A stretch of 52,584 nt of DNA, counting the filler, from Sphacelaria rigidula (Eukaryota): the NCBI GenBank assembly GCA_964200075.2. It is 3 parts of 3 records of this genome, joined end to end, with 100 filler letters (N's around TTAATTAATTAA, not from the genome) between each part and the next. Parts side by side here need not be neighbours in the genome. Positions count along the whole stretch, not along the records: positions 1 to 17,465 come from CAXNAA020001075.1; 2 more parts are not named here. The stretch is one strand, 5' to 3'. Of this stretch, positions 1-12,348 are shown piece after piece. The stretch's first letter is position 1. Each line of letters opens with the position of its first letter. A program made the translations under genes and the position numbers. Under the pieces are notes generated by a model. That model worked only from the letters and a program-made list of their open reading frames with translations, made no database searches and was not told the origin of the DNA.

Positions 1-590
1 TATCCATTTTTTGTTTTCTTTCAGGTTGAGTGTGGGGTCGGTGGGGGCAGGGGATTGTAGGTTTGTAAAAACGACTAGCAACGGGCGATATCCATGCACT
101 AGAACTTGCTTCCAGGACCGGCTCGTACACAAGTTTAGTTACCAGCGAGCAGGTGGGTTGAAGACATGAGAGCGTTTGTCAATCGTTTTTGCGACCCAAT
201 GCGTCGGTTGTTGTGTGTTGACAGCTTGTGTTCTCGGGGCTATTTCTTCCTTCTCCGGGAGGAGAGACGGCCCAGGTCGGTGTTATCCCTCACTTGGAGA
301 TGGTTGCTTGTTAGCTTAGGAAGCAGTTTTGATACACAAGTAGACCTCTTTGTCTCATATTTTAATTTGCAGCACTCAGCACCGCTGTGAGAACGCCCCG
401 GAAACACATTGTCGCAACCACGAGTATCTCGACAAGGACCGTGTGCTAATGGCCGCAGAGCGTACCATTCAATGCCTTCGCACGATGATACTACTCTAGA
501 CATCTTTCGGGATGACCAGCACCGTGTTTGTCGAGACGACAGAGTGATGAATATGGAATGTTGTCAGGGTACTCTGCTGTGCGTGCGCAC

Positions 591-666
591 CTCTGATCCC
601 GCCACAATGTCGTTGTTCCCGAAGTACAGCTCCATCAGATCAATCAGCTTGCCCAGGCCTCGGAGA
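591..666 (-). CDS. LRRC9: LRRC9-like LRR exon (LRGLGKLIDLMELYFGNNDIVAGSE); gene continues past the window start
   Basis: CAG acceptor and GTGCGC donor, phase 2-0, LMELYxGNN motif. Confidence 0.85.
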
Positions 667-1392
667 CTGTTCAGCACTCGCGTCGCGGCGAAAAACACGG
701 GTTGCGATTACGGCATGGTACCCAATTGGTTGCGGCAGGAAAACTATTCGGGAGGAAGGAACGAAGGAAGGGAAGTAGCGTGACACACCCACGACTGGAA
801 ATGATACAAGTACCTGGTGGGTATCACAGCACTTCCCTGTAAAATATAGCAAAATCTACCTGAACTGTCCCGACTTAAGTCGGTTCAGAAGCATTGGCCA
901 ACAACGTGGCAACAACGTGGCAACAACGTGGCTTGCAGGGGCAGATACTTTCCGCATTTTCCAAAGGGTGACAAAGAGTTCCTTGATCCTGCCCTTTTCT
1001 ATCTAGATGTTGACCTCCGAAGACGTGTTTTTGGGATATTGTCAGGTGGCTCCGGCGTCTCAACTGGGCAGGCTTGTCCTGATACTATTGATATTTCTCG
1101 ATAAAACCAATGAGTTAGCTTTCCTCCCACAAATGATTCTGGCAGTAGACTATTCCCAGAGTAGCACGGGAAATATGAAAAACGATGTAAGGGCAGCGCA
1201 CCATGTTTAGCATCTGCACCCGCGGCATAAGAAGGAGTGCCCCCCTGATTTACCTGAAAAATCTCACGCACTTGTTGAGCACACTTCACCATTTTCGATG
1301 TTCAGCATCTACCTAGATGGGTCTGTAGTGTTGCGATCGTTCTCCGATAGTACGGGCATCAGTACTGACTGGCCAACACACAACCATCTCAC

Positions 1393-1562
1393 TTGTGCAG
1401 CAGATTGCTTTCGAGGGATAGCTGGCTGAGACCTGTGAGTCCGCCGATGGGATGGAGATCCGAAATTTGATTGTACCCCAAGTCCAGCTTGCTCAGCTGT
1501 CGTAGATCCGCAAGACCTTGTAGGCCGGCGGTAGTGAGTTCGTTGCTCTCCAGATTCAGCTC
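1393..1562 (-). CDS. LRRC9: LRRC9-like LRR exon (ELNLESNELTTAGLQGLADLRQLSKLDLGYNQISDLHPIGGLTGLSQLSLESNLLH)
   Basis: CAG acceptor and GTGAGA donor, phase 0-2, consecutive LRR units. Not in the ORF track. Confidence 0.9.
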
Positions 1563-2329
1563 CTGGTTCGTAATTTCGAATCATCCATCCGGGGAAAGAT
1601 GTGTTTGGACGCCGCTTCATTTGTGGCAAACTTGTTCATTTTTCGCCCCTCAGTCCCCCCCTACCCCCCCCCCCGCGCCGCCACCCGTTTTCCCCCCACA
1701 TTTGTCCCCTTGTCCACAACAGAGGCAGACAGAAGAGTTCGATTCAGTGACTTGCGCACTGTATCACGGAGAACTCACAAGGGAAATGCGAGCCTACTTC
1801 CACACCCCTCAAGTAAGCGTTCATAGCCAGGAGCATGCTTTTGACCTTTTACGCCTTCGTGATGCGATCATGCGACGAAGCCATGATCATAGGGAGAACC
1901 ATGTTTCAAATATGTAGGCAGTCGTGTGACTACTCGATAGACTGTCCACATACAATCGTCGATCGTAGAAATCTTCTGATAGAAATGCCACCGCCAACCT
2001 CGGCGAACGTACCATGCGGGGACCGCCCTCGCCGTTCGATTGTTCTGACGGGGTCGAATGATTGCCGCCCCATGTTGGTAATGTACGATGCACAACGTCG
2101 GTGCATGCGGCGGACGACTCTGCCTCAGTCATTAGTTTGCACTATGCGTGTCCCTCCTCCCTCACTTCGGGGAAAGGATAACAGAATGCGCGAAAAGTGC
2201 CTTGACGCTCGATGGGGAAATATCGAACTATGTTGAAAAGCTTACAACGAGTTGCCCAAGAATGTGCGCTATCACCCACTTTGTTCAAGATACGTAGTGA
2301 TGACCCGATAACAGCATTAGAAGCACCAA

Positions 2330-3745
2330 TGCAAGGAGTCTAGGTAGGGGAAGATATTGTGTTGGGGGTGACGTTCGCGGCTGATTTTGTAGGGATATCA
2401 GACACACCAGAGGGCTTGCAAAAACCAGTAGAAAAGGCGATAAAATAAGATACACTAGTCTAGGAAATGGAGAGGGGCAGCGAACGTGAAAAATGCGCGG
2501 TACTTGCATGTAACGAAGATACGAAGAACCCGGTAGGGTTTAAATGAAAGTGGGGAGAGGAGGAAATACCGATCATGGACCAGTATACATACCTTGGCGT
2601 AGAGATATAGGAGAAATGTTCTTGGGATGTACACATGGGTGAAGTAATCGAGAAATGTACAGATAAGCAAGATGGGCATGATCCTTAGAGACTCGCGTTT
2701 AGATACTAAGGTTACGAGATGTATTCTGATGAGTGTGATTGTACCAAAGATTGAATATGCAGGAGAAGTGTGGGAAGGGAACGCGAGCTTCGTGAGGCAG
2801 CCGGAAACAGTACTGTACAGATGACAACAGCTGAGTATAAGCTTGGATTCTCTAAAACGACCAGAAATACGGTGTTGAGAGCAGAATTGGGAATGTACCC
2901 ACTTGGAACAAATAGAGACTGTAGAAAATTGAGATAGAAATATAGCATAAGGAACATGCAAAAAGAGATATTTCCAGCCATAGTTGATTGGGCTGCGCGG
3001 AAGAAAGTAACGAAAGGACAGGCTGGAGTAATGTGGGGCAGCGTAGTCGAGAAAATATGGAAGGATATAGGAGGAAGCCAAGAGGAGATAATGCCCATAG
3101 GTGTGGGGAGTAAAATCAAAGTAAACGAAAACATAAGAATAATGGGGAAACAAACGCTAAGATGTGATGTGGACGAAGAAGAGCACCTGATCATATACGG
3201 GGGGTTGAGAGAAGGGACAGGGATAAAAACGTAGCTGTACGGCCCAATGGACTGCACGAAAAAGTTGAAACTGCGATTTCGAGTGGGGACCAGGACCTGC
3301 CGGAAAGGAGAAGGAGGTATACCAGCAGTCGGGTGGAGGAAGAAGTAGATGCACATACGGGCCCCTGTTGCCAAGCAACAGAGAGTAGAACTCATATAGT
3401 GGGATAGGGATGGTGTGAACGGTACAAGAAGGAGCGGGACGTGTTAGAGTGTTAGAAGGGGGAGTGTGGGACCTAAACGAATGCTAAAATGAAATCGTTT
3501 GATATGTCAGATAGTGGGGAGAAAACGATAGCTATACTGGGAAATAATGGTGGTCACACATGGCGTAACAGGAAGGGCATAAGATATGTAAAAGGTTTGC
3601 GTTTCTTGTTTAGAAGAAACGCAATGAGCGCACAAATGTTGGAGGCGTCTCTATCAGAAGTAGGAGCGGTGCTCCGTCTCGAAAGAAATGCGCGGTCAAA
3701 TGGTCAAATGACTGAGACAAGCAGCATTTGAGTATGCCCCCCCCC
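2330..3745 (+). mobile_element. Decayed, 5'-truncated non-LTR retrotransposon (end of RT, Cys/His motif, 3' tail ending in poly-C)
   Basis: Purine-rich strand with frameshifted remnants DQYTYLGVEI, RAELGMYPLGTNRD and PCCQATESRTHIV. The tail is shared with 30765-31132. Start is approximate. Confidence 0.8.
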
Positions 3746-3936
3746 AATGGTCTGATGACTATGGCAGGCATGATCATGAGTACACCCCCCTCCCCTCCAT
3801 CGCCCCGCTCTTCGAGGAACCATGCTTCTTGGCGCAATATCAATCACATACAAAAGATACGCGATCCCTCCGCCCCCGCCCCCCGCCCCCGTCCACACCC
3901 CGCCTCGCAACACACCCTCAATGAATCAATGAATAC

Positions 3937-5008
3937 CTCAAGGCACTCGCAGTAGCGCAGAGGTGCAGTATCATGCAGCTCATTCCCGGATAGATCCGCC
4001 ACCCTTAGGTGAGTGAGATGTTCCATACCCTCCAGTTTATGCAGGGACAGGTTGTGCAAGTTGACAAGCTCAATATCCTCCAGTGCAAAACCGGCGGCGG
4101 CCGAGGCGGAGGCGGAGGCGGCTGTCTCAGCCGGCGAGCCAGAAGAAGAAGAGCAACAAGAACAAGAACAAGAACCAGAACAATAATAAGAAGCAAAATG
4201 CGAGGCCAGGGGCGACGAAGCCGACCGCAACGAACCACTTTTGACGGACAACGTATTACCCTTATCGGATACTAAACCACCATTATCGGACAACAAATCA
4301 CCCGCATTCGAGATGAACAAGCCGCCTGTGTCCTTGCCGCTTCCTTGGTCTCGTCTTTTTTTCTGCTCGCATCTGCCACCCCCCTCCTCTACTCCCCGAT
4401 TCCCTCCCCTCCCCCCCTTCCTGCTCTCAGCGTGAGCGTCGCCGGTAGCACTGACGACAGCACCCGACGGATAGTGTTTGACAGCGACGACTGCACTTGA
4501 GCAAGCTCCACCTTCGCTGTCTTTAGCTGGTGCAGATCGAGGCCTTTCAACAATATCCGCGGTGGTGGCGGCGGTGCGTTCACTCTTTCCTCTGCCGCTA
4601 TACACCGCTGCGGCCGTCGCAGTCGACGACTTATTCTCGTGCACCCCCCCTTCCCAACTATTAGAAGGTATGATAGTGTTACTGAAATCGTGATTGTTGT
4701 GTTCGCTCCCCCCAGTCTTGCTCTTGCTTTCATCGCAGCTCGCGATTCCACTACCACCTTCGACCCCAGCAAGGTTTTTTGCTGCTGTCAGTCCTGCTAT
4801 TTCTGCTGCCCTCGTCCCGCCTCTGCTGCTGTTGACATCGCGGTGCTTGTCTTCTACGTCGGCACTATGACCACCCCCGCCGTATCTGGATAACAGGTGT
4901 TGTCGCCAGTGCTGTTGCTGCTGTCGGCTGGCGGTGTGGCCGCCGCGCTGAGGAGTATTCTTGGGCGCCTTCCTTCGACCATGGCGCCGCAATATCTCGA
5001 GCGTTAGC
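3937..5008 (-). CDS. LRRC9: LRRC9-like exon: long low-complexity linker, then LRRs (LHNLSLHKLEGMEHLTHLRVADLSGNELHDTAPLRYCECLE)
   Basis: Inside ORF 3844..5025. CAG acceptor (phase 2) and GAG|GTATTC donor (phase 0). Confidence 0.8.
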
Positions 5009-5589
5009 CTGCTCATTATTTTCACATGTTATGCGAGAAGGAGGGGAGGCGATGTTGTGATGTAAAACGCGATACAATATCTTCGACGCCTATGAGAATA
5101 GTAAGAGCCTTGTGACCGCAGGCAACGAGTTGTGAGGGTAGTACGATCCTTGTGGCCACCGACAACGAGTAGGTATGTGCTCCATATGGATGAGCACAAA
5201 GCAAGGCATATCGGAATAGAAACACGGGAATGTGATCCTCGCGGTGGCTCTCGATACTGTCGGCGGGAACTGACTTCCCGAGGAGAATCCCTGGTGACCT
5301 TGGTCCGAAAGGGATACTATCAGGATGAGTGATGGCCCCAGTGTTTGCATCATTTATGTTCACTACATGCTTTCAGCTGGAGTACACTTGCTACTTTAGT
5401 ATATGCTGAGGTCGATCGTCCCCTGCATACATCAGATGTAAAAAGATATTACCTGTGAAAATGAGGTTCAATTTCCTGTCTTCCCTTCCCTTCCCCCCCT
5501 TCGTGCGAAGGCACCATTTTGGGGCTAAAAGTGTCCCTGTTTTCATCCCGAATCGAGGCAAAAGGTCTTTTTGCACATACTGTACCCTT

Positions 5590-5725
5590 TGGGGGAACGA
5601 GAGACGGGAAACCACTAAGAATAGCTTCAGAGAGGTTGGGGGGCATGAGGTCGTCCATGTGAACATCATTTGCCATGACTTGAGGTCAGGGAAAGCACTG
5701 TTTTGGGGTTGAACATCATTTGAAT
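5590..5725 (+). repeat. Dispersed repeat, also at about 39421-39555
   Basis: Shared gggggaacg..gacgggaaacc...aggtcgtccat.tgaa..tcatttg.ca.gacttgaggtcagggaaagcactg. Confidence 0.8.
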
Positions 5726-6219
5726 GTTCAAGATCATTTCGAAGATAATCCCTTTCAAACTATAATCCCTTTCAAATGCGACACTGACCCCGCAGGCAGT
5801 GCATGTCTACACCAAGATCTCCGCGCGAAACATTCGTGTGGGGCTGTGATTTCTCGGCAGCTCGAGCATCTCCATATGGTGAATGATATTTCCTTATTTG
5901 TGACGCCGTCGACGAGAGGATATTAGCATGACGTGCCCCCCTACTCACAGCCTGCATATACTCAAAATCAAAACACCAGCCTGTCGCACGCTATGACACC
6001 CGCATGCGTACAAGGTGGGCCATTTTTTCTGTAAAGCAATCATCACAGTTTAACCAGCAGTTTTGTCATTGTGGTAAAAGCATCAGACGGTGAGCCGAAC
6101 GGTGCTAATTTCTGTATATGTATTAGACGAAGTGTTCACTTACAAACACGAAGGCAAACTATACTTCTATTCAAGCGGCTGAACCCACGACTGTCCCAAG
6201 TCAATTTTGCTCGAGTCAC

Positions 6220-6297
6220 CTTCGGCAAGCATGGTGCAAGGAAGCTTCTTCCCGGCTGACAGCCCTTCCGTCCAGCACCTTCAGACCGGGGATGCCC
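6220..6297 (-). CDS. LRRC9: LRRC9-like exon (GIPGLKVLDGRAVSREEASLHHACR)
   Basis: TAG acceptor and GTGACT donor, phase 2-2. Completes the LRR cap motif lPxLkxLDgxxvxxeE. Confidence 0.85.
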
Positions 6298-7724
6298 CTA
6301 AATGATGCATATATATATATATATATATATATATGTAAAATTAGTGCAAGAACATTTCGCAAAATGTAGTACCTGTTTTGTGCGGCGCTGCAAGTTAACC
6401 TTCACAAAGAGTACCTGTGCAGTCCTTCCTGCTAGCATTCAACGATGAAACGTTTTATATGTAGTAGGTTTCACAGCAACGGGGTCTGTTCAATATTGAT
6501 ATTGCACATAAAGATATTGTGATATAACCGGTGGTTAGTCGTGGCATATATGTGCATGGTGTGTGACTCCTTTTAACGTGATATATTGTCATGTATCACA
6601 GTTGTTTTCTGCACACTTTCAACCGCTTCCCTCTCTCCCTCGGGACGAGTCCCATTTGATGAGAGATCAACCCATGTTTCCCACGGCCCCGGTACACAAC
6701 CCCCCCCCCCCCGAGTAGACAGACGCCTTGCAGTTTCGTATCCCAGACTGGAGCAGCCCTCCCGCGCTACGTGAACTTCTGTTAGATGAAGGGTTCATGC
6801 TACTCATGTTCTCACGCGTTCATCGACCGAAATCAGCTTCTTGTCAGGAGATGAGACCCAAATACATGTGCCGGGCGTCAAAGCCCACATGTTGTTTTCC
6901 ACATGGAGGCTGGAGCTATACCGGTACACTACCGGGGCGCGAGCGCAATATTGAGCAATTGTGAGGCATGAACCTTGAGAAGTAGAATGATACATCGGAT
7001 ATGAATAGTTTCACAACATGATCAGTACAATACCGGGGAGCTACACGCAGTATCGCATATGGTCGTGCATAGGTGTGACGGCAATGCAAGTGGGACGGAA
7101 ATGCAGGAAGCCACGGAATTGAAATATCCAAACGGCAGGCCTATGCTACATATATCGGGCGTTATTTTACGCCACTGCTGCTTTCCTCCATTGTCACGGA
7201 ATACACTACAATGTACGCCATTGTAAGAGGAGCGGTGAATGAAGCGTCGCAATTTCTCTCGAAAGAGCGGAGTTATCGCGCAGCGTCTGTTCAACACGGC
7301 GACGCTTCACGACATGCGTACGCAAAGCGCTCCATCGTTTTTTTTCCATCCCCTCTGACGGTTGACACATGAAATATCCGGAAGCAACACAGCCACTCAA
7401 AAAAGTCGGACGATTGATCTAGCCCTTGCAGGTCGACTTTTTTTACTCGTGATATACAGTATGTTCTACCAAACGTCAGCTAACGGAATGATGGTAAATC
7501 CAGAGAACATACCGTCAGTACCCTTGACAATGTTCTCCATATCGAGTACTGACTTACTCACAGGGTCGCAAACAAACCGTGAACGAGAAATCGAACGGCA
7601 AATTGAACACCGTGCACAGCCGCCTAGTCGAGACACTATAGCTGGCAGAATCCGAAAAAAATCATACCCCGGAGTACATGAAAGTACTTGTGTCGTGTGC
7701 GTTTACCATAATGGGGTCACGCAC

Positions 7725-7804
7725 CTGATGGCTGCCCCGCGATAGGTCCTGGCCGACCGGAGCGGGTTCCCTCGAAGGTCCAGCATCGCCAGTGACGGCG
7801 CTAG
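7725..7804 (-). CDS. LRRC9: LRRC9-like exon (LAPSLAMLDLRGNPLRSARTYRGAAI)
   Basis: CAG acceptor and GTGCGT donor, phase 0-2. LDLRGNP...YR is the start of an LRR cap. Confidence 0.85.
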
Positions 7805-8531
7805 CTGCCAGAGAGCCTTTCATCATCGTCACCGGTCGGAAAAATGAAGAATAACGTTAGTAAGATGGTACTGTCTGACTAGGAGAGTTAGAATCGCCGA
7901 TGGCTTGACCTGCATTTGCACCGTGTATATTTGAAATACCGCACCGGCGGGCCGCCGCGCCTACAATGGCATCTTCAGTTTGTTGGTTTTCTATATCTAA
8001 ACACACGTCATCCGTGAGCTCCAGCGGACTGGAAAAAAACGACCGGCAAAACCTGAGCGAATGGCATGCACTTTTCTCAACTTAATACCCCCTTGTGATT
8101 GACATGCGTGAGACATTCACGGCAGCAGCAGCTGGCTATGTCGTGGATGTCGTGGATGTCGTGGATGGTATATTTAAATGAAGCCGTAAGCGAAGAGTGG
8201 CACCGGTATTGGTGTTCAGGGGACACTCTGCTCTTGGTTGTCGATACACGGAGGATCGTCAGGCGTGTTGCGTGTCTGGTCGTCAATACACACAGGATCA
8301 CGCTGTTGATGAAATGGTCATACAATGGCAGCACCCTGGTATATGGGTGTCTGATGCGAAATCAAAGCAACAGCATCATCAATCGTGCTCAGAGAACGAG
8401 AAAACTCAAACGACCGTGTTCGCAGGTGTTTCCGAGCCCATCTACACTTCCACTGCCGAATGTTCGCAGCCCCCGATTCATCTCCCTCGAAATGGAGAGG
8501 AGCCGCCGGCACGCACGCATGCTCATTGCAC

Positions 8532-8671
8532 CTTCAGATCGTCTAGATCGTGCAGAATGTTGTCGTTGAGATCGAGCCTTGTGAGCGACGGCAGCAGCAC
8601 CGCACCCCGCGAGACGACCGATCCCCCCGCAGCAGCCGCCACGGCCACGGCTGCCGGAAAATTATGATTAC
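8532..8671 (-). CDS. LRRC9: LRRC9-like LRR exon (...LLPSLTRLDLNDNILHDLDDLK)
   Basis: CAG acceptor (phase 1), AAG|GTGCAA donor (phase 0), LRR consensus. Confidence 0.8.
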
Positions 8672-9036
8672 CTGCATGGATAGGAATAAACAGTTGCGAT
8701 GCACGAAAGTGGGCCACCTGCTCTGCACAACTGAATACATCGCACTTGAGTTCTACAACGCGAAGATTCTTTGTCTAGTCCCTACGTATGTCTCAGAAAG
8801 CGAGCATTTGGGCTCAAGAAATCATCAACAACTAAAGCATCACTTGCAAGGTAACTGGCCGCACTCACAAGTGCTTGGAACATATATATATATATATATA
8901 TATATATTATGCTGATGAGGTGATAACCCCAACGGTGAAAGCTTCTATATCTCACAAAATAGTCGAAAAAGGCAGCCGCAGTTGACAAAAACCCTATGGG
9001 TGCTCGACGACGCGTTTGTCTAGGTACTTCGCACGC

Positions 9037-9376
9037 CTGTAGGTGTTCCTTGGTTATTCCCCGGTAAAGGAAGCGAGTGGTCGGAGGCGGTGCCGCCTGC
9101 AGCGATCGCGGTGGAGGGTACATAGTCGACTTCGGAAACCATCCATTTCTTCACCGCGGATGCAGCGGTGTTGGCGGTGGTTGTAGCTGTGCTGGGCATG
9201 GCTGCGGCGGTATTGGTTGCAGTGATGACCGATTGTGTGCTTGTTGCTCTTGTGCTGCGACGGGTGTCGTGATGTCGCTGGACGCCGTCGAACACGTTGT
9301 ACCCCAAGTCCAGGTATCGTAGCCGGTTCAATCCGGATAGGCCATCGAGACGAGATATCTCGTTGAAGCTCAAAAT
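9037..9376 (-). CDS. LRRC9: LRRC9-like LRR exon (ILSFNEISRLDGLSGLNRLRYLDLGYN...); donor uncertain
   Basis: Poly-C/CAG acceptor in phase 0 and a clear LxxLxLxxN repeat. The 3' boundary could be 9037, 9035 or 9028. Confidence 0.75.
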
Positions 9377-10595
9377 CTGGGGGGAGGGGGGTACACATAT
9401 CCGTCAACCATGGGTGATGTTACGACACAGAACAATCGCACGGCGGAGGTGACATACTCAGGGAGGCGGGGATGAACGGGGGGACGGGGGGCAAGGATGA
9501 GGATCGTCCATCCCGCTACCATCATCGCCCGCTTGTCTTCTGGCCGAGTTCCTCCCACAAGGCATGCATCCCACCGTAGCATCACGTGATTTTAACTGCA
9601 TCAGTAGGACAGTATATCAGGGAGTGAAAGCTAACGGCATTCGACGACCGTCTGAAACAACTCTAGCAGAGTTACCGAGTAATCTGCCAATATTGCCAGG
9701 CCGAAGTTACGACTAATTTTCATTGTCCTAGCATCAATGTGTGTTCTTGGTCATCCGTATCTTGAGACGTCTGTGAAGTAAAAGACGTAGCACTGTGCAG
9801 TGTAGTGACTTGCATACAGTAGCACAGTACATCACATGTCCGCTTAAAATACTGCGCTGCCTATCGTACATTATTTGTCGGGGTTTGCACATTATGTGTC
9901 GGCGTAATCTTATTGTGGTGCAGTACTAGCATTCCATCATCGTGTAGTGCAAGACAACACTACTTGAATTTACGGTTGAAAACAGCGCGTTCCCCGTCAC
10001 GCAAGCAATACGGTTTTCAGCCTGGAATAAAACGTGTCTGACGTGAGAGGATGAGTGTAGTGTACTGTATACTGTAAACTGTATACTGTATATACAAACC
10101 ACATTGATGCCGAAGTACACTGCAAATCGTCAAGACATGACTCGTGCAGTGCTGTAAGTTAACTTCCGAGTATCATCCTATCGACCGTGTATTTACGTCC
10201 TGAACATTCTCCCTGCGTGATGAATATGGAGTGTGTAGTACATCCACAACTATAATCACACAGTCACCTGTAGCCTATAGGTCGAAATGTACCGTATATT
10301 TGGGGTCAGAAGGGTGCTGTGCAATGAGTTGTTGTTCGTGGCATGTATCGTGTGCCATGGTGCATCCGTAGTAGATACCCTGACCCCGACTGTCACGAAC
10401 GGTGTCGGTACCGTACGACAGGGACAGCACCGTGAATCCTACGACACGAATCACAGATCCCAAACGTTGGCACAGCCCATTCGTACCAAATGCACAGCAG
10501 CAAGCAGTAACCGATACTCATGCTAGAACACAATGAACGACCGCAGAGGGAAAATATCTTTGCTCAAAAAATCAAAACCAAATCCATTTCTTCAC

Positions 10596-10947
10596 CAAAA
10601 TTTCGAGATTCTGGCACATCTCGAGCCCATTTATCGCCCGCAGCCCCTGTCCATGTAGGCTGACACGGGTCAGCCGAGAGCCCATCGAGCCGTTGGCGAT
10701 CGAAAATGCCGGAGCCGGAACAACGATATCTCCGGCATTTTTGTTGCTGTTCATGCTGCCGCCGCTGCTGACAACCTTCATGGCAGAGCTAACGGCAGAG
10801 CTAACGACGCCAGTGGACCCTCGGGGAACACTAAACGACGGCGCAGATGGTGGCATTCTCAGCGCCTCTGAAATTTCTGGCTCGTATCTGACCAAGTTGG
10901 GAAAAGCATGTAAAAACGATTGTAGCGGCAACTTAGGGCACGAGATT
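10596..10947 (-). CDS. LRRC9: LRRC9-like exon (ISCPKLPLQ...RLTRVSLHGQGLRAINGLEMCQNLEIL)
   Basis: ttttccacag acceptor in phase 2 fits the previous exon; donor TTG|GTGAAG. Ends in an SDS22-type LRR unit that continues in frame into the next exon. Confidence 0.75.
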
Positions 10948-11238
10948 CTGTGGAAAATGGTCCAAATACGTACATGTGGGAGTGAGGTATGCACGGGTGC
11001 GTTCGCCTCGGGGGGAAATATGCCGGTCGTTTGAACCACGCATTCGCTGATACGGCCGAACTTTACTTCGCGACCTTGTACTGTACGACCTGGAATGTAC
11101 AACACGCACGCGGCGTGTCCAGCACCCCACGCGGCGTGTCCAGCCCCCCGTCTATGCAACCTGCTGCTTCCCCATTTTTTCCCTCTGGCGATGCGACGGT
11201 ACCGTGCCGAGTATTGACTTTGCGACGCTCAAACGTAC

Positions 11239-11549
11239 CTCCCGGCGTAAGTAGCGGTATCGATCTCCAGCTGCCGTGCCAATCTTGCGAGGGGGATCAG
11301 AAAGGGCAAAAAATCTGTTCCTCCCACCGAACGCCCCCCCACCCCTCCTCGACTGCCGGTGCCGCCGCTGCTTGCCGCTGAGGTAATCAGCGCGCTCGCG
11401 GAGGAAGAGGAGGACCCGGAAGAGGCACCTAGGACAGTGGAAGCCGACGACGATGATACCGTGGATGGAGAAGGTCGTGTAAATGGAGCAAGCTCGTGTT
11501 TCCACTTGTTGACGCGCTTGCGTACGCCGTCTTTGATGGCTTGTCCACC
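11239..11549 (-). CDS. LRRC9: LRRC9-like exon (GGQAIKDGVRKRVNKW...EIDTATYAG)
   Basis: Inside ORF 11229..11558. CAG acceptor and AG|GTACGT donor, phase 0-2. Confidence 0.7.
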
Positions 11550-12270
11550 CTGATGCAACGCAATTCACGAATCGGAATCGACGCGAGACGCAGATATGGG
11601 TTACGCAGCATGACCAACTTAGGGGAGGCGGGGGGGGGGGGTGCTCATAATCATGCATGCCATAGTTATCAGACCATTGACCTCGAATCCCTACAAAGCC
11701 GGGACGGAGCACATCGGGTTTTCGCCGGACCAGGCTCGCACTCGATCACCAAGCGCGAAGCGCCGTGGTTTGCTCGGCGAGTGGCATGAAGGGTGAGCTG
11801 CATCTTGCTCAGATTCTTCTGTCCGAAGCCTACTGACTATCTTGCATTTGGATGACAGCCTACATTGAGTTGTTTTATTGTTTGGTATCGCCGCTTCCAG
11901 AGACAGCCACGGCTTATACACTGCCTCATGGGTGTCGGGGGGGGGTGGGGGGGGACTCCAATGGGCGATTGTGTCAAAATAGTTCACGTGCTGCAGATGC
12001 GTTACCCGAAACACACACAGGAGATCGAGTTTGACAAAGCAGTCAGTATTGCACCGCATTGGACGATACGCAGAGAGCCAGCATAGATCTAACATTTGCG
12101 CAGCTGTCTCGCATTTCGTTTTGAAAACAAAGTCACAGGAGGGGATTTTGCAAGATAAGCCAGCTTGCTTGTAATGTGGGGATATGCCACTGCGTGCTTC
12201 GCCGATCTCTGGCGCACTGGTGGCGACGGATCCAGTGAGGCGAACACGCGCATAGGCAGGCTACCCTTAC

Positions 12271-12348
12271 CTCACGCACGTACACAGCGGCACGTTCGAA
12301 TGATTTATCCGCCAACGCACGCGTCCTACGAACGAAAGTGGGCTTCAC
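12271..12348 (-). CDS. LRRC9: LRRC9-like, probable exon (VKPTFVRRTRALADKSFERAAVYVRE)
   Basis: CAG acceptor and strong GAG|GTAAGG donor. Open only in phase 0, compatible with both neighbours. No recognisable motif. Confidence 0.5.

Noticed and set aside
2455-3395. Long minus-strand ORFs of 232 and 227 aa (likewise 30440..31129 and 32015..32488)
   Set aside because: These are antisense shadows of purine-rich LINE relics with no protein motifs.
10948-11089. Upstream acceptor at 11089 for the 10596 exon
   Set aside because: It needs phase 1, whereas the preceding exon ends in phase 2. The acceptor at 10947 fits.
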